Part shown: piece by piece, positions 1 to 7,994 of the stretch
Layout of the letters: each line of letters begins with the position of its first letter
Numbering within the stretch: the stretch's first letter is position 1
Virus record (IMG/VR): IMGVR_UViG_3300049169_000066
Location: 1-41,693 of that record
DNA length: 41,693 bases
DNA from: a virus
Taxonomy: Duplodnaviria; Caudoviricetes
Direction: 5' to 3' (one strand)
Translations under genes and position numbers: made by a program
The notes under the pieces: model-generated
The model's input: only the letters and a program-made list of their open reading frames with translations
What the model was told of the DNA's origin: nothing
Database searches by the model: none

Positions 1-221
1 ACACTGGAGATGGGTTCCTTCGGTTCCGCGCGTCTGGTGACCAGGGTGACAAGAGCCCGGTGAGCCGAGAGGCTCACGCCGGGATCTGTGGGAGCCGGGG
101 GCTGTGATGCCCCCGGCCACCCGACCGTCAGGGTGCATGATGTTGTCTACGCCGACGATCTCGTCATGGTCGAGCGCGTCGAGCTGGTCCTTCAGCCACC
201 CTGTGAACTCCGTGACGAGAC

Positions 222-443
222 TCATTGCGTCGCCAGCCGCCGTAGCTCGGGGATCTTCGCACCGAGCATCCAGTAGAACTTCTCCGCCGCGTCAGGCGTC
301 AGCGCGACGGTTGCCACCTGGTCGAAGCTGACTTCGTACTCGCCGTCAGCGTTGATCCCTTCCTTGAACTCCGCCTCGCTGCTGATCCTGATGTACGACG
401 AGTGCTCGACCCCGTTACCGGGCTGCATCACCATCTGTGACAA
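222..443 (-). CDS. small hypothetical protein
   Basis: 73-aa ORF with an AAGGAGAG SD just upstream; third of three small tandem minus-strand ORFs. Confidence 0.55.
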   Translation of the reverse strand: MSQMVMQPGNGVEHSSYIRISSEAEFKEGINADGEYEVSFDQVATVALTPDAAEKFYWMLGAKIPELRRLATQ

Positions 444-450
444 CTCTCCT

Positions 451-693
451 TCAGTCGCGTGGTACCTGCTGCGTCGCCGGCCGTTGGGGCGACGCTGACG
501 CTTTCAGCTCTCGTGGGTAGAAGTTCCGGTAGACGCCGGTGATCAGTCGTCCAGAGATGCATCCGCCGAGCGTGCGAATCAACCGCTCGTCGTACGGCTG
601 AACGACGACTTCGCGCACCATGTCGTCAAGACGGACGTACCTCACCGAGCCGACCGGCGGCGGGTGACCCGTGTACGTCTCGCGCGTCACCAC
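451..693 (-). CDS. small hypothetical protein
   Basis: 80-aa ORF in tandem with its neighbours; no recognisable motif. Confidence 0.45.
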   Translation of the reverse strand: MVTRETYTGHPPPVGSVRYVRLDDMVREVVVQPYDERLIRTLGGCISGRLITGVYRNFYPRELKASASPQRPATQQVPRD

Positions 694-830
694 GAAATCT
701 GCCCAAGAGCGGGCGTAGCCACGCGACCCGGTTCGCGCAGTCGTGACAGTTGCACCGGAAGCACCGATGCCACCGCACGAGCAAAACCGTGACGCCCGCT
801 AGCGCAAGCGGAATCAGTGCCAGCCACATC
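626..830 (-). CDS. small membrane protein with Cys/His cluster (CxxCxCxxC)
   Basis: ATG at 830 after a GGGAGGGG SD; hydrophobic N-terminus MWLALIPLALAGVTVLLV, then HRCFRCNCHDC. Confidence 0.45.
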
Positions 831-929
831 GCCCCTCCCTGATTGCGCCGTTTCTCCGTGGCGCTTTCGGACACCCCGCTAGCGACTCAGTTCCTACCGG
901 CTTCACTGAGCGATCTCCTCGATCGACAC

Positions 930-1012
930 GTCTGGTGGTGTCTGATCCGGGGTCTGGTGGTGTCTGGTCGCCTATCCGGGCAGGGTCTGGTATGAATTCC
1001 TCGCTGTCTGGT
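930..1012. promoter_or_regulatory. six roughly helically phased GTCTG(G/A)T repeats in a divergent promoter region
   Basis: Copies start at 930, 940, 952, 962, 985 and 1006, between divergent genes. Confidence 0.45.
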
Positions 1013-1042
1013 ATCGCTGGACGCAAGCGAGGGGAGCGGAGT

Positions 1043-1750
1043 GTGTCGCAAGCACTCGAAGTGAGCGGTGCGCGGCTGAGAGCCGCCAGGGAGTACACCG
1101 GTTTCTCGCTCACCCGTATGGCCCAGGCGGCCAACTACTCAAAGTCATACCTGGGGCTGGTTGAGACTGGCGTAAATCCGGTTACCCTGGAGGTGGTAGC
1201 GGCATACGAACGAGTACTAGGGGTCGGCATGTATCGACCGGACATAAATCATCCGAGGCTGAGGAAGATCGACGGCCCCGAACAACTGCAACACATCCGG
1301 GAAGCCGTGGAGAGAGGGGATCCGGACATCTTCGCGCAAGGGCCGACATCCAGCTCTATCGACGCGGCGGTGGCTCCGACATTGGGTCCAAAGGGTATCG
1401 ACAATTTTCGGCATTGGGCCGTCAGTGGGCAGAGTTCAACGCTCAGGGCCAATGCGGTGAGCATTTTGGGGTTCTCGCCTGGTCCAGAGAACGCCGAAGT
1501 CGTTGTGAGGGTTCTGGACACTGATGATGTCGTGCGCCGGCTGTGTTTGGCATCCGAAGTTTCCCGGCTGACCCAGTGCGGTTGGGGCGTTGCCCTTGCC
1601 GTTGCGGACGACCCCACTAGTGCGCCGGAACCAAGAAGGCTCGCCGCCAAGTTGGCGAAGGAAGCCATCGACCCGAAGGATACCGAAGCCCGCTGGTGTG
1701 CGGGCTACCTCCTTCAGCGCATGGCGGTAGTTCTCGGTCCGGAAAGTTGA
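1043..1750 (+). CDS. XRE-family HTH protein with helical (HEAT-like) C-terminal region
   Basis: LRAAREYTGFSLTRMAQAANYSKSYLGLVETG is an HTH_3 pattern; GTG at 1043 follows a GAGGGGAG SD. Confidence 0.8.
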   Translation: MSQALEVSGARLRAAREYTGFSLTRMAQAANYSKSYLGLVETGVNPVTLEVVAAYERVLGVGMYRPDINHPRLRKIDGPEQLQHIREAVERGDPDIFAQGPTSSSIDAAVAPTLGPKGIDNFRHWAVSGQSSTLRANAVSILGFSPGPENAEVVVRVLDTDDVVRRLCLASEVSRLTQCGWGVALAVADDPTSAPEPRRLAAKLAKEAIDPKDTEARWCAGYLLQRMAVVLGPES

Positions 1751-1772
1751 CGTTTTCGCGCGGGTTGAGTGG

Positions 1773-1832
1773 CGCATCGCATAGAGGGGTTCCACCCGGA
1801 TACGTCCGGGTGGAACCCCTCTATGCGATGCG
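1773..1832. repeat. 28-bp perfect inverted repeat with TACG loop (bidirectional terminator or REP-like element)
   Basis: CGCATCGCATAGAGGGGTTCCACCCGGA-TACG-TCCGGGTGGAACCCCTCTATGCGATGCG between convergent genes. Confidence 0.85.
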
Positions 1833-1853
1833 TGCTAGTCGAGCGTTTCCTCG

Positions 1854-2698
1854 TCAGGGGGTGACGGTGAAGCGCGGGTCGGTCTCCACGACGCCTTCGA
1901 GCACGTCGTCGATCTTCTTCATCAGGTCCTCGTCCAGCTTCACGCCGGCGGCCTTCACGTTCTCGTGCACCTGCTCCGGCCGGGACGCGCCGATGATCGC
2001 GCTCGCCACGTTCGGGTTCTGGAGCACCCAGGCGACGGCCAGCTGGGCGAGGCTGAGGCCGGCTTCGTCCGCCAGCGGCTTGAGGAGCTGGACCTTCTCC
2101 AGCACCTCGTCGCGCAGGAAGCGCTGGATGAACTTCGCGCCGGTCTCGTCGGTCGCGCGGGAGCCCGCGGGCACCGGCTGACCAGGCAGGTACTTGCCGG
2201 TGAGCACGCCCTGGCCGATGGGGGACCAGACGATCTGGCTGATGCCCTCGCGCTCCGAGGTCGGCACGACCTGCGGCTCGATGACCCGCCACAGCATCGA
2301 GTACTGCGGCTGGTTCGAGATGAACGGCACCTTCAGCTCACGTGCCAGCGCCGCGCCCCGGGCGATCTGCTCGGCGTTCCACTCGGACACGCCGATGTAC
2401 AGCGCCTTGCCCTGGCGGACGACGTCGGCGAAGGCCAGCATCGTCTCCTCCAGCGGCACCGACTTGTCGTACCGGTGAGCCTGGTAGAGGTCGACGTAGT
2501 CGGTCTGGAGGCGCTGGAGGGAGCCGTCGATCGACTCCATGATGTGCTTGCGGCCCAGGCCCTTGTCGTTCGGGCCGCCCGGCCCCGTGGGCCAGAAGAC
2601 CTTGGTGAAGATCTCCAACGAGGCGCGGCGCTCGCCCTTGAGGGCGCGGCCGAGCACGTCCTCCGCCTTGGTGTTGGCGTACACGTCGGCCGTGTCGA
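1854..2698 (-). pseudogene. aldo/keto reductase, 5'-truncated by prophage insertion
   Basis: AKR motifs DTADVY, IFTK, LQRLQTDYVDLYQAHR, YIGVSEW, NQPQYS and WSPIGQG; the N-terminal part is missing and the frame stops at 2723-2721 in phage DNA. Confidence 0.88.
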
Positions 2699-2735
2699 CC
2701 GTAGGGTTTTGATTACAACATCAACTACGGGTGAC
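2690..2735. other. left prophage att junction (crossover near 2697-2700)
   Basis: AKR coding ends at CGTGTCGA; an AT-richer segment follows with imperfect dyad GTCGACCGTAG...CTACGGGTGAC, ~180 bp before the integrase. Confidence 0.7.
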
Positions 2736-2752
2736 CAGCGGAAACGCTGAGC

Positions 2753-2841
2753 CGCGCAAGGAAACGTGTGTTACGGTCTGCGTAAGCCACACAAGGAACC
2801 AGGTGTGGCTTGTACCGCAGCCACACAAGGAACCTGACCTG
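2753..2841. promoter_or_regulatory. cluster of three operator-A sites upstream of the integrase
   Basis: CGCGCAAGGAAACGTGTG (2753), CACACAAGGAACCAGGTGTG (2788), CACACAAGGAACC (2822). Confidence 0.75.
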
Positions 2842-2879
2842 GCTCCGCTGGAGCCCCGGACCCTAAGAGAGGTAGCCAC

Positions 2880-4445
2880 GTGGCGTACGACCTTCGAGCG
2901 CTCGGAGGGCTCCGGCTGAGCCGGTCCACCGACGAAAGCACGAGCCCGGAGCGGCAGACGGGCCGGATCAACTGGTGGGCTTCCGGCAACAACGCGGAGG
3001 TAATCCACATCGCGGAGGATCTCGACGTCTCCGGAGCGGTGAGCCCCTTCGAGCGGGAAGGGCTCGGCCCGTGGCTCACGGACGAGAAGGCTCACGAGTG
3101 GGATGTTCTCGTGGCGTGGAAGCTCGACCGCATCTCGCGATCGGCTATGGACACGCTTCTCCTGCTCCAGTGGTGCGAGGAACGCGGGAAGCGCATCGTC
3201 TGTGTTGACGATGGGCTTGACAGCGGTACGAAGATGGGCCGGATCTGGATTCAGCTCGCCGCGATCTTCGCGGAGGTCGAGCGGAGCTTCATCGAAGAAC
3301 GGACTCAGGCGAGCCGCGCGGAGCTTCGCCGTACCGGTCGGTGGCCCGGAGGAACTCCCCCGTGGGGCTACATGCCGGAGAGGCTTTCGGAAGGCGGTTT
3401 CAAGCTGGTTCCGCACCCGGAGCGCGCTCCGATCGTCGTCAAGATGGCTCGCGCGGTCATCGGCGCTGAGAAGCTTCGCGACACCGACGAGAAGATTCCA
3501 CCGCTCGGCTACTCGTATATGACGATCGCGGAGTGGCTCAACGAAACGGGCGTTCCCGCTCCGCGTAAGGGTACTAAGCGGGGCTGGACTGGGGTCACTG
3601 TGGCGCGGCTGCTGGAGAACCCGACCGTCCTGTGGGGGAAGTCAACCCATAACAGTCAAATCATGGAGTTCGTCGACTACGCGAAGCCCCTTCTGACGCC
3701 GCTCGACGCTCACCGGCTCGACCAGGCTATGAAGGCGCGTGCTCGTGGGGTAGCTACCGGCCGGGGCGCGACGAAGTTCCTGACCGGAATCATCTACTGC
3801 GGTGAGTGCGGCTCGAAGATGTACCACGCGAAGATCGGCAAGGGATACGAGTATTACCGCTGTCAGGGACGTACGCACCTGAAGTTGGACTGTGCGAACC
3901 AGAACGTGCCGGCCGCGATCGTCGAACAGTACGTGGAGAACGAGTTCCTCGCCCGCGTGGGCACCGAAGAGGTCTTCTCGAAGGTCGAGATCCCCGGATC
4001 GGACCACACGGCCGAGCTGGCAGCCGTGAAGGAACGAATTCGGAAGCTCGCCGACATGTTCGCGTCTGGAGCACTCGACAACGACGATGCGGACTTCGTC
4101 GAGTCGCTCGCCGCGCTGAAGCGCCGGAAAACCGAGCTGGAGAAGCTTCCGAAGACCGGTCCGCAGACGCTCATGGTCCCTACGGATGTCCACTACTTCG
4201 ACGTGTGGCAGGAGAGCGACAACGACACGCGCCGGACGGTCCTCTTCGACCGTGGCGTTCGCGTCGTCATCCGGAAGCCCCGCGATGAAGACGCTGAGAT
4301 TCGCGACGACGAGCTGACCGTGAATCTCGACGAGATCGAGCAGTTCGACGAAGCCGCGAAGGCCGCGAAGCTCGCGGAAGCCCGGAAGGTCGCGATGCAC
4401 CGTAAGCGGCTTGCCTTCGCCCTTGACGACACCAAAGCCGCGTGA
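2880..4445 (+). CDS. int: large serine recombinase (integrase), Bxb1-like sequence
   Basis: RLS catalytic motif, TSPERQ, AEDLDVSGAV, WKLDRISRS, PPWGY recombinase domain, CGECG...YYRC...C zinc ribbon and coiled coil. Confidence 0.96.
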   Translation: MAYDLRALGGLRLSRSTDESTSPERQTGRINWWASGNNAEVIHIAEDLDVSGAVSPFEREGLGPWLTDEKAHEWDVLVAWKLDRISRSAMDTLLLLQWCEERGKRIVCVDDGLDSGTKMGRIWIQLAAIFAEVERSFIEERTQASRAELRRTGRWPGGTPPWGYMPERLSEGGFKLVPHPERAPIVVKMARAVIGAEKLRDTDEKIPPLGYSYMTIAEWLNETGVPAPRKGTKRGWTGVTVARLLENPTVLWGKSTHNSQIMEFVDYAKPLLTPLDAHRLDQAMKARARGVATGRGATKFLTGIIYCGECGSKMYHAKIGKGYEYYRCQGRTHLKLDCANQNVPAAIVEQYVENEFLARVGTEEVFSKVEIPGSDHTAELAAVKERIRKLADMFASGALDNDDADFVESLAALKRRKTELEKLPKTGPQTLMVPTDVHYFDVWQESDNDTRRTVLFDRGVRVVIRKPRDEDAEIRDDELTVNLDEIEQFDEAAKAAKLAEARKVAMHRKRLAFALDDTKAA

Positions 4446-4471
4446 GCGGACCCCAGAGAGGGGAAGTACAA

Positions 4472-4825
4472 ATGTCCGACTTTCTTGTGAAGATCGACCC
4501 CGATGGCACTACCTACGCGCTGTGGTCGACGTTCAATGATCAGCCCTTCGTGGTCGGGGAGCGTCCGGAGATCGAAGACGCATACCGCGACCTCTACGGG
4601 CAGCCTGCCGACGAGTGGATTCCCCGGAAGTTCGCACTTGCAGACGCCACCGGTTCGTCATCGCTGGTCGGCTCGGGGCGATGGGGTAAGCCGCTAACGG
4701 CTACCTCCGGTGATACGGGCGGGGAGGTACCGCGCGAGCGTCTCTCCGAGTTCTGCTCCCTGATCATGGCCGAGCAGTACGACGCGGCAGCCGCGCTGAT
4801 CGTCCCGGACCCTGACGACGACTGA
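4472..4825 (+). CDS. hypothetical acidic protein directly downstream of int
   Basis: ATG at 4472 after GAGGGGAAG (alternative GTG at 4442 overlaps the int stop); followed by a hairpin. Confidence 0.7.
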   Translation: MSDFLVKIDPDGTTYALWSTFNDQPFVVGERPEIEDAYRDLYGQPADEWIPRKFALADATGSSSLVGSGRWGKPLTATSGDTGGEVPRERLSEFCSLIMAEQYDAAAALIVPDPDDD

Positions 4826-4830
4826 CGACG

Positions 4831-4872
4831 CGGGGCTAGGCCGAGCCGTGTAAAGGTGTCGACCTAGCCCCG
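4831..4872 (+). terminator. hairpin after the int operon
   Basis: CGGGGCTAGG ... CCTAGCCCCG. Confidence 0.5.
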
Positions 4873-4951
4873 TTCCGGTAAACCTATAGAACTTCCTTCC
4901 TTCCTTCTCTAAGAAGAACCAGAAACACAGGCAAGTCGTCACCTTTGCACG
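4847..4951. other. candidate replication origin: 19-bp imperfect inverted repeat around an AT-rich core
   Basis: CGTGTAAAGGTGTCGACCT versus reverse complement of AAGTCGTCACCTTTGCACG (16/19); core AAACCTATAGAAC(TTCC)3TTCTCTAAGAAGAA. Confidence 0.4.
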
Positions 4952-4984
4952 CTGGCAGCCCTGCCAGTAACAACCGCATAACGG

Positions 4985-5055
4985 AAAGCCCCTTCACTGC
5001 TATATCCCCTGGTCGCCGGTTGTGGGACAGGGGGTGTAGTGAGTGAAGGGGCTTT
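4985..5055 (+). other. long RNA-type hairpin upstream of the HNH gene
   Basis: 14-bp perfect stem AAAGCCCCTTCACT/AGTGAAGGGGCTTT plus a 12-bp stem with three G-U pairs. Confidence 0.6.
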
Positions 5056-5075
5056 TCCCTGTTAGGGGGTGCGGC

Positions 5076-5396
5076 ATGGTGGCTAGAGCCTGCCGACTCT
5101 GTCCCGGTAAGGCTGTGCTCGGCTCGTCGCTCTGCGCTCGATGTGGTGGTGGACAGCGGAAGCCTGAGCGTGAGTCAGCACGTCGAGCCCTACGCCGTGC
5201 GGTGAACAGAGCGGGACGTGCTCGCTGCGCCCATTGCGGCACGGTGCACCCGGCGTCGGCTATTCGGATCGACCATGTGCTAGCTCTTGCAGATGGGGGC
5301 TCCGACACCCGCTCGAATATGCAAGCGCTGTGCGTCGACTGCCACAGTGCGAAGACCACGGGGGAGAACGCAGCGCGTTACTGGGGGCGCTGCTGA
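5076..5396 (+). CDS. HNH endonuclease (terminase-associated type)
   Basis: CAHCG...IDHVLALADGGSDTRSNMQALCVDCHSAKT; lies before the candidate cos. Confidence 0.9.
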   Translation: MVARACRLCPGKAVLGSSLCARCGGGQRKPERESARRALRRAVNRAGRARCAHCGTVHPASAIRIDHVLALADGGSDTRSNMQALCVDCHSAKTTGENAARYWGRC

Positions 5397-5647
5397 ATCG
5401 GCGTAGGCGGGTAACCGGCTGACTCGTTTGGGGTGACCCATGGAGCGGGATCGAACCCCTGGTTCTGGTCAGCTATTGCGGCTGCATCCATCGCGAGTCG
5501 GTACAGGGTCACTGCGCACCGTCGAACCCCCTGGCCGTCCACCCAATCGAGTGACTCCTTCAGCTTGCGGAACGCCTCATCGAGAGCGTTCGTGAAGGCT
5601 GTCCGGTCGCCTAGCGCACGGCGGGTTTCCTCGGGAACGGGGTACAC
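5378..5647 (-). CDS. hypothetical protein (antisense to the late operon)
   Basis: 89-aa ORF with protein-like composition; start codon uncertain. Confidence 0.35.
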   Translation of the reverse strand: MYPVPEETRRALGDRTAFTNALDEAFRKLKESLDWVDGQGVRRCAVTLYRLAMDAAAIADQNQGFDPAPWVTPNESAGYPPTPIQQRPQ

Positions 5648-5715
5648 GGCCGGAGCGTACTGCTGGTAGCCGGGGGGTGCTCGGGAAGTTGGGGCCGACC
5701 GGCCTCCTAGGACAC

Positions 5716-5725
5716 CCCGGCCCCT
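5716..5725. other. candidate cos cohesive-end sequence
   Basis: CCCGGCCCCT in the G/C-run-rich gap between HNH and the lysis/terminase genes; similar to the phiC31 cohesive end as I recall it (CCCGGCCCCA). Confidence 0.4.
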
Positions 5726-5872
5726 TTCTGCACGCGCGCTGAGTGCGAAGCCGCTTTTTGATGATCTTCGCCCGCCGCTGACCAGCGGCCTTCAGGCGAG
5801 CTGACCCCGGCAAAGGGGCGAGAACGTTCCCGTAAAGAGGGCTGAAACGGCCGCTAATGGCCTCACAGTCGC

Positions 5873-6106
5873 CCGGTCCGGGTGGGAAGAGACCCGAGCG
5901 CTCGTACCTCTCTCCGTGCTGCTCGGCGAGTCCCCCGCTCGGACCGGTCACCAACCGCGGTGCCGCTCGCCGCTCAGGAGTTCCGCGCTCATGACGTCTG
6001 CCTGACTACTCGGCGCACGAAGAGCGCGGACGTTCGCCGGTCGGTCGCCCATTCCGGGAGGACTCACAGCCTGCCCATTCGGGCGACCTACCGAAGAAAG
6101 AGGTAC
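5873..6106 (+). ncRNA. structured cis-leader (three long hairpins) upstream of the endolysin
   Basis: Stems 5873-5947 (14 bp with 2 G-U plus inner stems), 5982-6030 and 6038-6093; no credible ORF. Confidence 0.5.
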
Positions 6107-6110
6107 CACG

Positions 6111-7232
6111 TTGGCACTGTGCCCATTCGCGGTTCACCGGCTGATCCCGGAGAGCTACTCACAGAACCGCATCACTCCCCGCGTCGTCATCCTGCACACC
6201 GCGGTTTCCGGAGCTGAGAGCCTGGAGGGTTATTGGAACTCTCCGGGGATCGTGCTGGAGTCGCACTTCTACGTGAGTCAGCACGGGACGATTTACCAGT
6301 ACGTCGACACCAACGTTCGCGCCGATGCCAACGTGAATGCGAATGGCTTCGCGGTCTCGATCGAGACGTGGGACGGTGGAGACCCGAACATTCCGTGGAC
6401 TCAGGCTCAGGTCGACGCGTTGACGCGGCTCGTCGCGTGGATCTGCGACACGCACGGCATTCCGAAGCGGCTTGCCGATGGGCCGTACGGCTCGGGTATC
6501 GGTTGGCACAATTTGTACGCGCTGGAGTGGGCCGGCGGTGCTCGTGCCTGCCCCGGTCCCCGGCGCATCCCTCAGGCTCGCGACGTCATCATTCCGCGCG
6601 TCGCGGGTGGCTCCGTTCCCTCTCCCGGTCCGTCCGCGCCACCGGCGGTCGAGTTCCCGCTTCCTGCCGGTCACTGGTTCGGCGACATCTCCGGACCGGC
6701 GAACGAGCACGGCGGGTACAACGCGGCCGAGCGAACTTGGGTCCGGCAGATTCAGCAAGCGCTTCAGCGCGCAGGTAAGGCTCCCGCTCACGCGGGTTGG
6801 GCTGATGGCGTCTGGGAGCAGCCGACCACGGACGCTATGCGCGCGTGGCAGTCGGCCGCTGGGATGCCGGTCACGGGCGACTGTGGTCGCGCGGACTGGG
6901 ACCGTCTCGTTCTCGGCCGTGGTGCTGCTCCCGCTCCCGCTCCGTCGACAGCTCCGCCGTTCCCGCTTCCGCGGAACGAGTGCTTCGGTCTGTACTCCGA
7001 TCCTCGCGCGTCGGTCCACGGTGGGTTCAACGCTTGGGAGCGACCGCACGTCAAGCGGATTCAGCAAGCGCTTCAGCGGCTCGGCTTCGCACCCGCGTAT
7101 CCCGGTTGGGCTGACGGTCTTTACGAGCAGCCAACGGCCGATGCGGTGGCTCGCTGGCAGCGCGCCCGAATGCCGGGGACCACGATCTTCGGTCAGGTCT
7201 GGTGGGACGACTGGGCGGTTTTGCTCCGGTGA
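6111..7232 (+). CDS. endolysin: N-acetylmuramoyl-L-alanine amidase with two peptidoglycan-binding repeats
   Basis: VILHT, SHFYV, SIETW, IGWH and CPG amidase motifs; duplicated FPLP...HGG(Y/F)N...IQQALQR...GWADG...EQPT modules. Confidence 0.92.
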   Translation: MALCPFAVHRLIPESYSQNRITPRVVILHTAVSGAESLEGYWNSPGIVLESHFYVSQHGTIYQYVDTNVRADANVNANGFAVSIETWDGGDPNIPWTQAQVDALTRLVAWICDTHGIPKRLADGPYGSGIGWHNLYALEWAGGARACPGPRRIPQARDVIIPRVAGGSVPSPGPSAPPAVEFPLPAGHWFGDISGPANEHGGYNAAERTWVRQIQQALQRAGKAPAHAGWADGVWEQPTTDAMRAWQSAAGMPVTGDCGRADWDRLVLGRGAAPAPAPSTAPPFPLPRNECFGLYSDPRASVHGGFNAWERPHVKRIQQALQRLGFAPAYPGWADGLYEQPTADAVARWQRARMPGTTIFGQVWWDDWAVLLR

Positions 7233-7810
7233 CTCCGGGGCGAGTGCCCGCGTTGCTCGCGGTGCTGTTGCTGCTGGGTAGCTCGCTGGTCTCGCCGATC
7301 GACGTCGCTCCGGTCATCCGATCCGCGGCGCCGGTCGTCGAGCCGGCCGAGCTGCCCCCGCCGAGTCCGTCCCCGGTCCCGTCGACCACGGCCGTGCCAC
7401 CGGAGCCCGTTCCTCCCGCGCGTGACCCGAAGCCGCCGTGTGGTCCCGCGTCGGCCGAGTCGATCGAGCGGTGGATCGGTCAGGCTTCGGCCGCGCTCGT
7501 GTGGCACGGCGAAGCACCGATCGTCGATTGGGAAGCGGTTCGGCTGATCATTGCGCACGAGTCCTCCGGGAACCCGTGTGCGTTCAACGACTGGGACTCG
7601 AATTGGTACGCCGGCACTCCGTCAAAGGGGCTGATTCAGGCGATCGATCCCACGTTCGCCCGGTGGCATCTGCCGGGTTACCCGGACACGTACCACCCCG
7701 TTGACTCGATCATCGCTGGAGTGCGTTACGCCCGTGGCCGTTACGGCTCGGAGTCGTACGTTCCCGGAGTGGTCGCGGTACGGGGCGAGCGTAGGTACGT
7801 GGGTTACTGA
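7229..7810 (+). CDS. secreted lytic transglycosylase (SLT-like)
   Basis: Hydrophobic signal, Pro-rich linker, IIAHESSGNP catalytic Glu, PSKGLIQ; GTGA overlap with the endolysin stop. Confidence 0.85.
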   Translation: MTPGRVPALLAVLLLLGSSLVSPIDVAPVIRSAAPVVEPAELPPPSPSPVPSTTAVPPEPVPPARDPKPPCGPASAESIERWIGQASAALVWHGEAPIVDWEAVRLIIAHESSGNPCAFNDWDSNWYAGTPSKGLIQAIDPTFARWHLPGYPDTYHPVDSIIAGVRYARGRYGSESYVPGVVAVRGERRYVGY

Positions 7811-7885
7811 TCGAGCACGAGACGCGGGAGCCCTACGGGCCGGAGCGACGCGATTCCGGACGTCCGCGTGAAGGCAACGGGCTTA

Positions 7886-7956
7886 GGGGGTTTGGGGTAG
7901 TAGTAGCCCTTCGGTCTCCAAAACCGACAGCCGTGGTCCGATTCCACGAGCCCCCG
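7886..7956 (+). tRNA. tRNA-Trp(CCA) with atypical D and T loops; CCA end not encoded
   Basis: Acceptor GGGGGTT/AGCCCCC, D stem GGGT/GCCC, anticodon arm TCGGT-CTCCAAA-ACCGA, T arm CGTGG-TCCGATT-CCACG, G73 discriminator. Confidence 0.82.
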
Positions 7957-7960
7957 CTTT

Positions 7961-7977
7961 TGGTGTGCGCACCACAA
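7961..7977. promoter_or_regulatory. operator-B site upstream of terS
   Basis: TGGTGTGCGCACCACAA, an exact copy of the motif repeated across the prophage. Confidence 0.75.
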
Positions 7978-7994
7978 CGATGGAGGGGGGTCAC

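Noticed and set aside
55-118. Two GC-rich hairpins near the left edge as a possible riboswitch
   Set aside because: No recognisable aptamer consensus, and the downstream gene is outside the window
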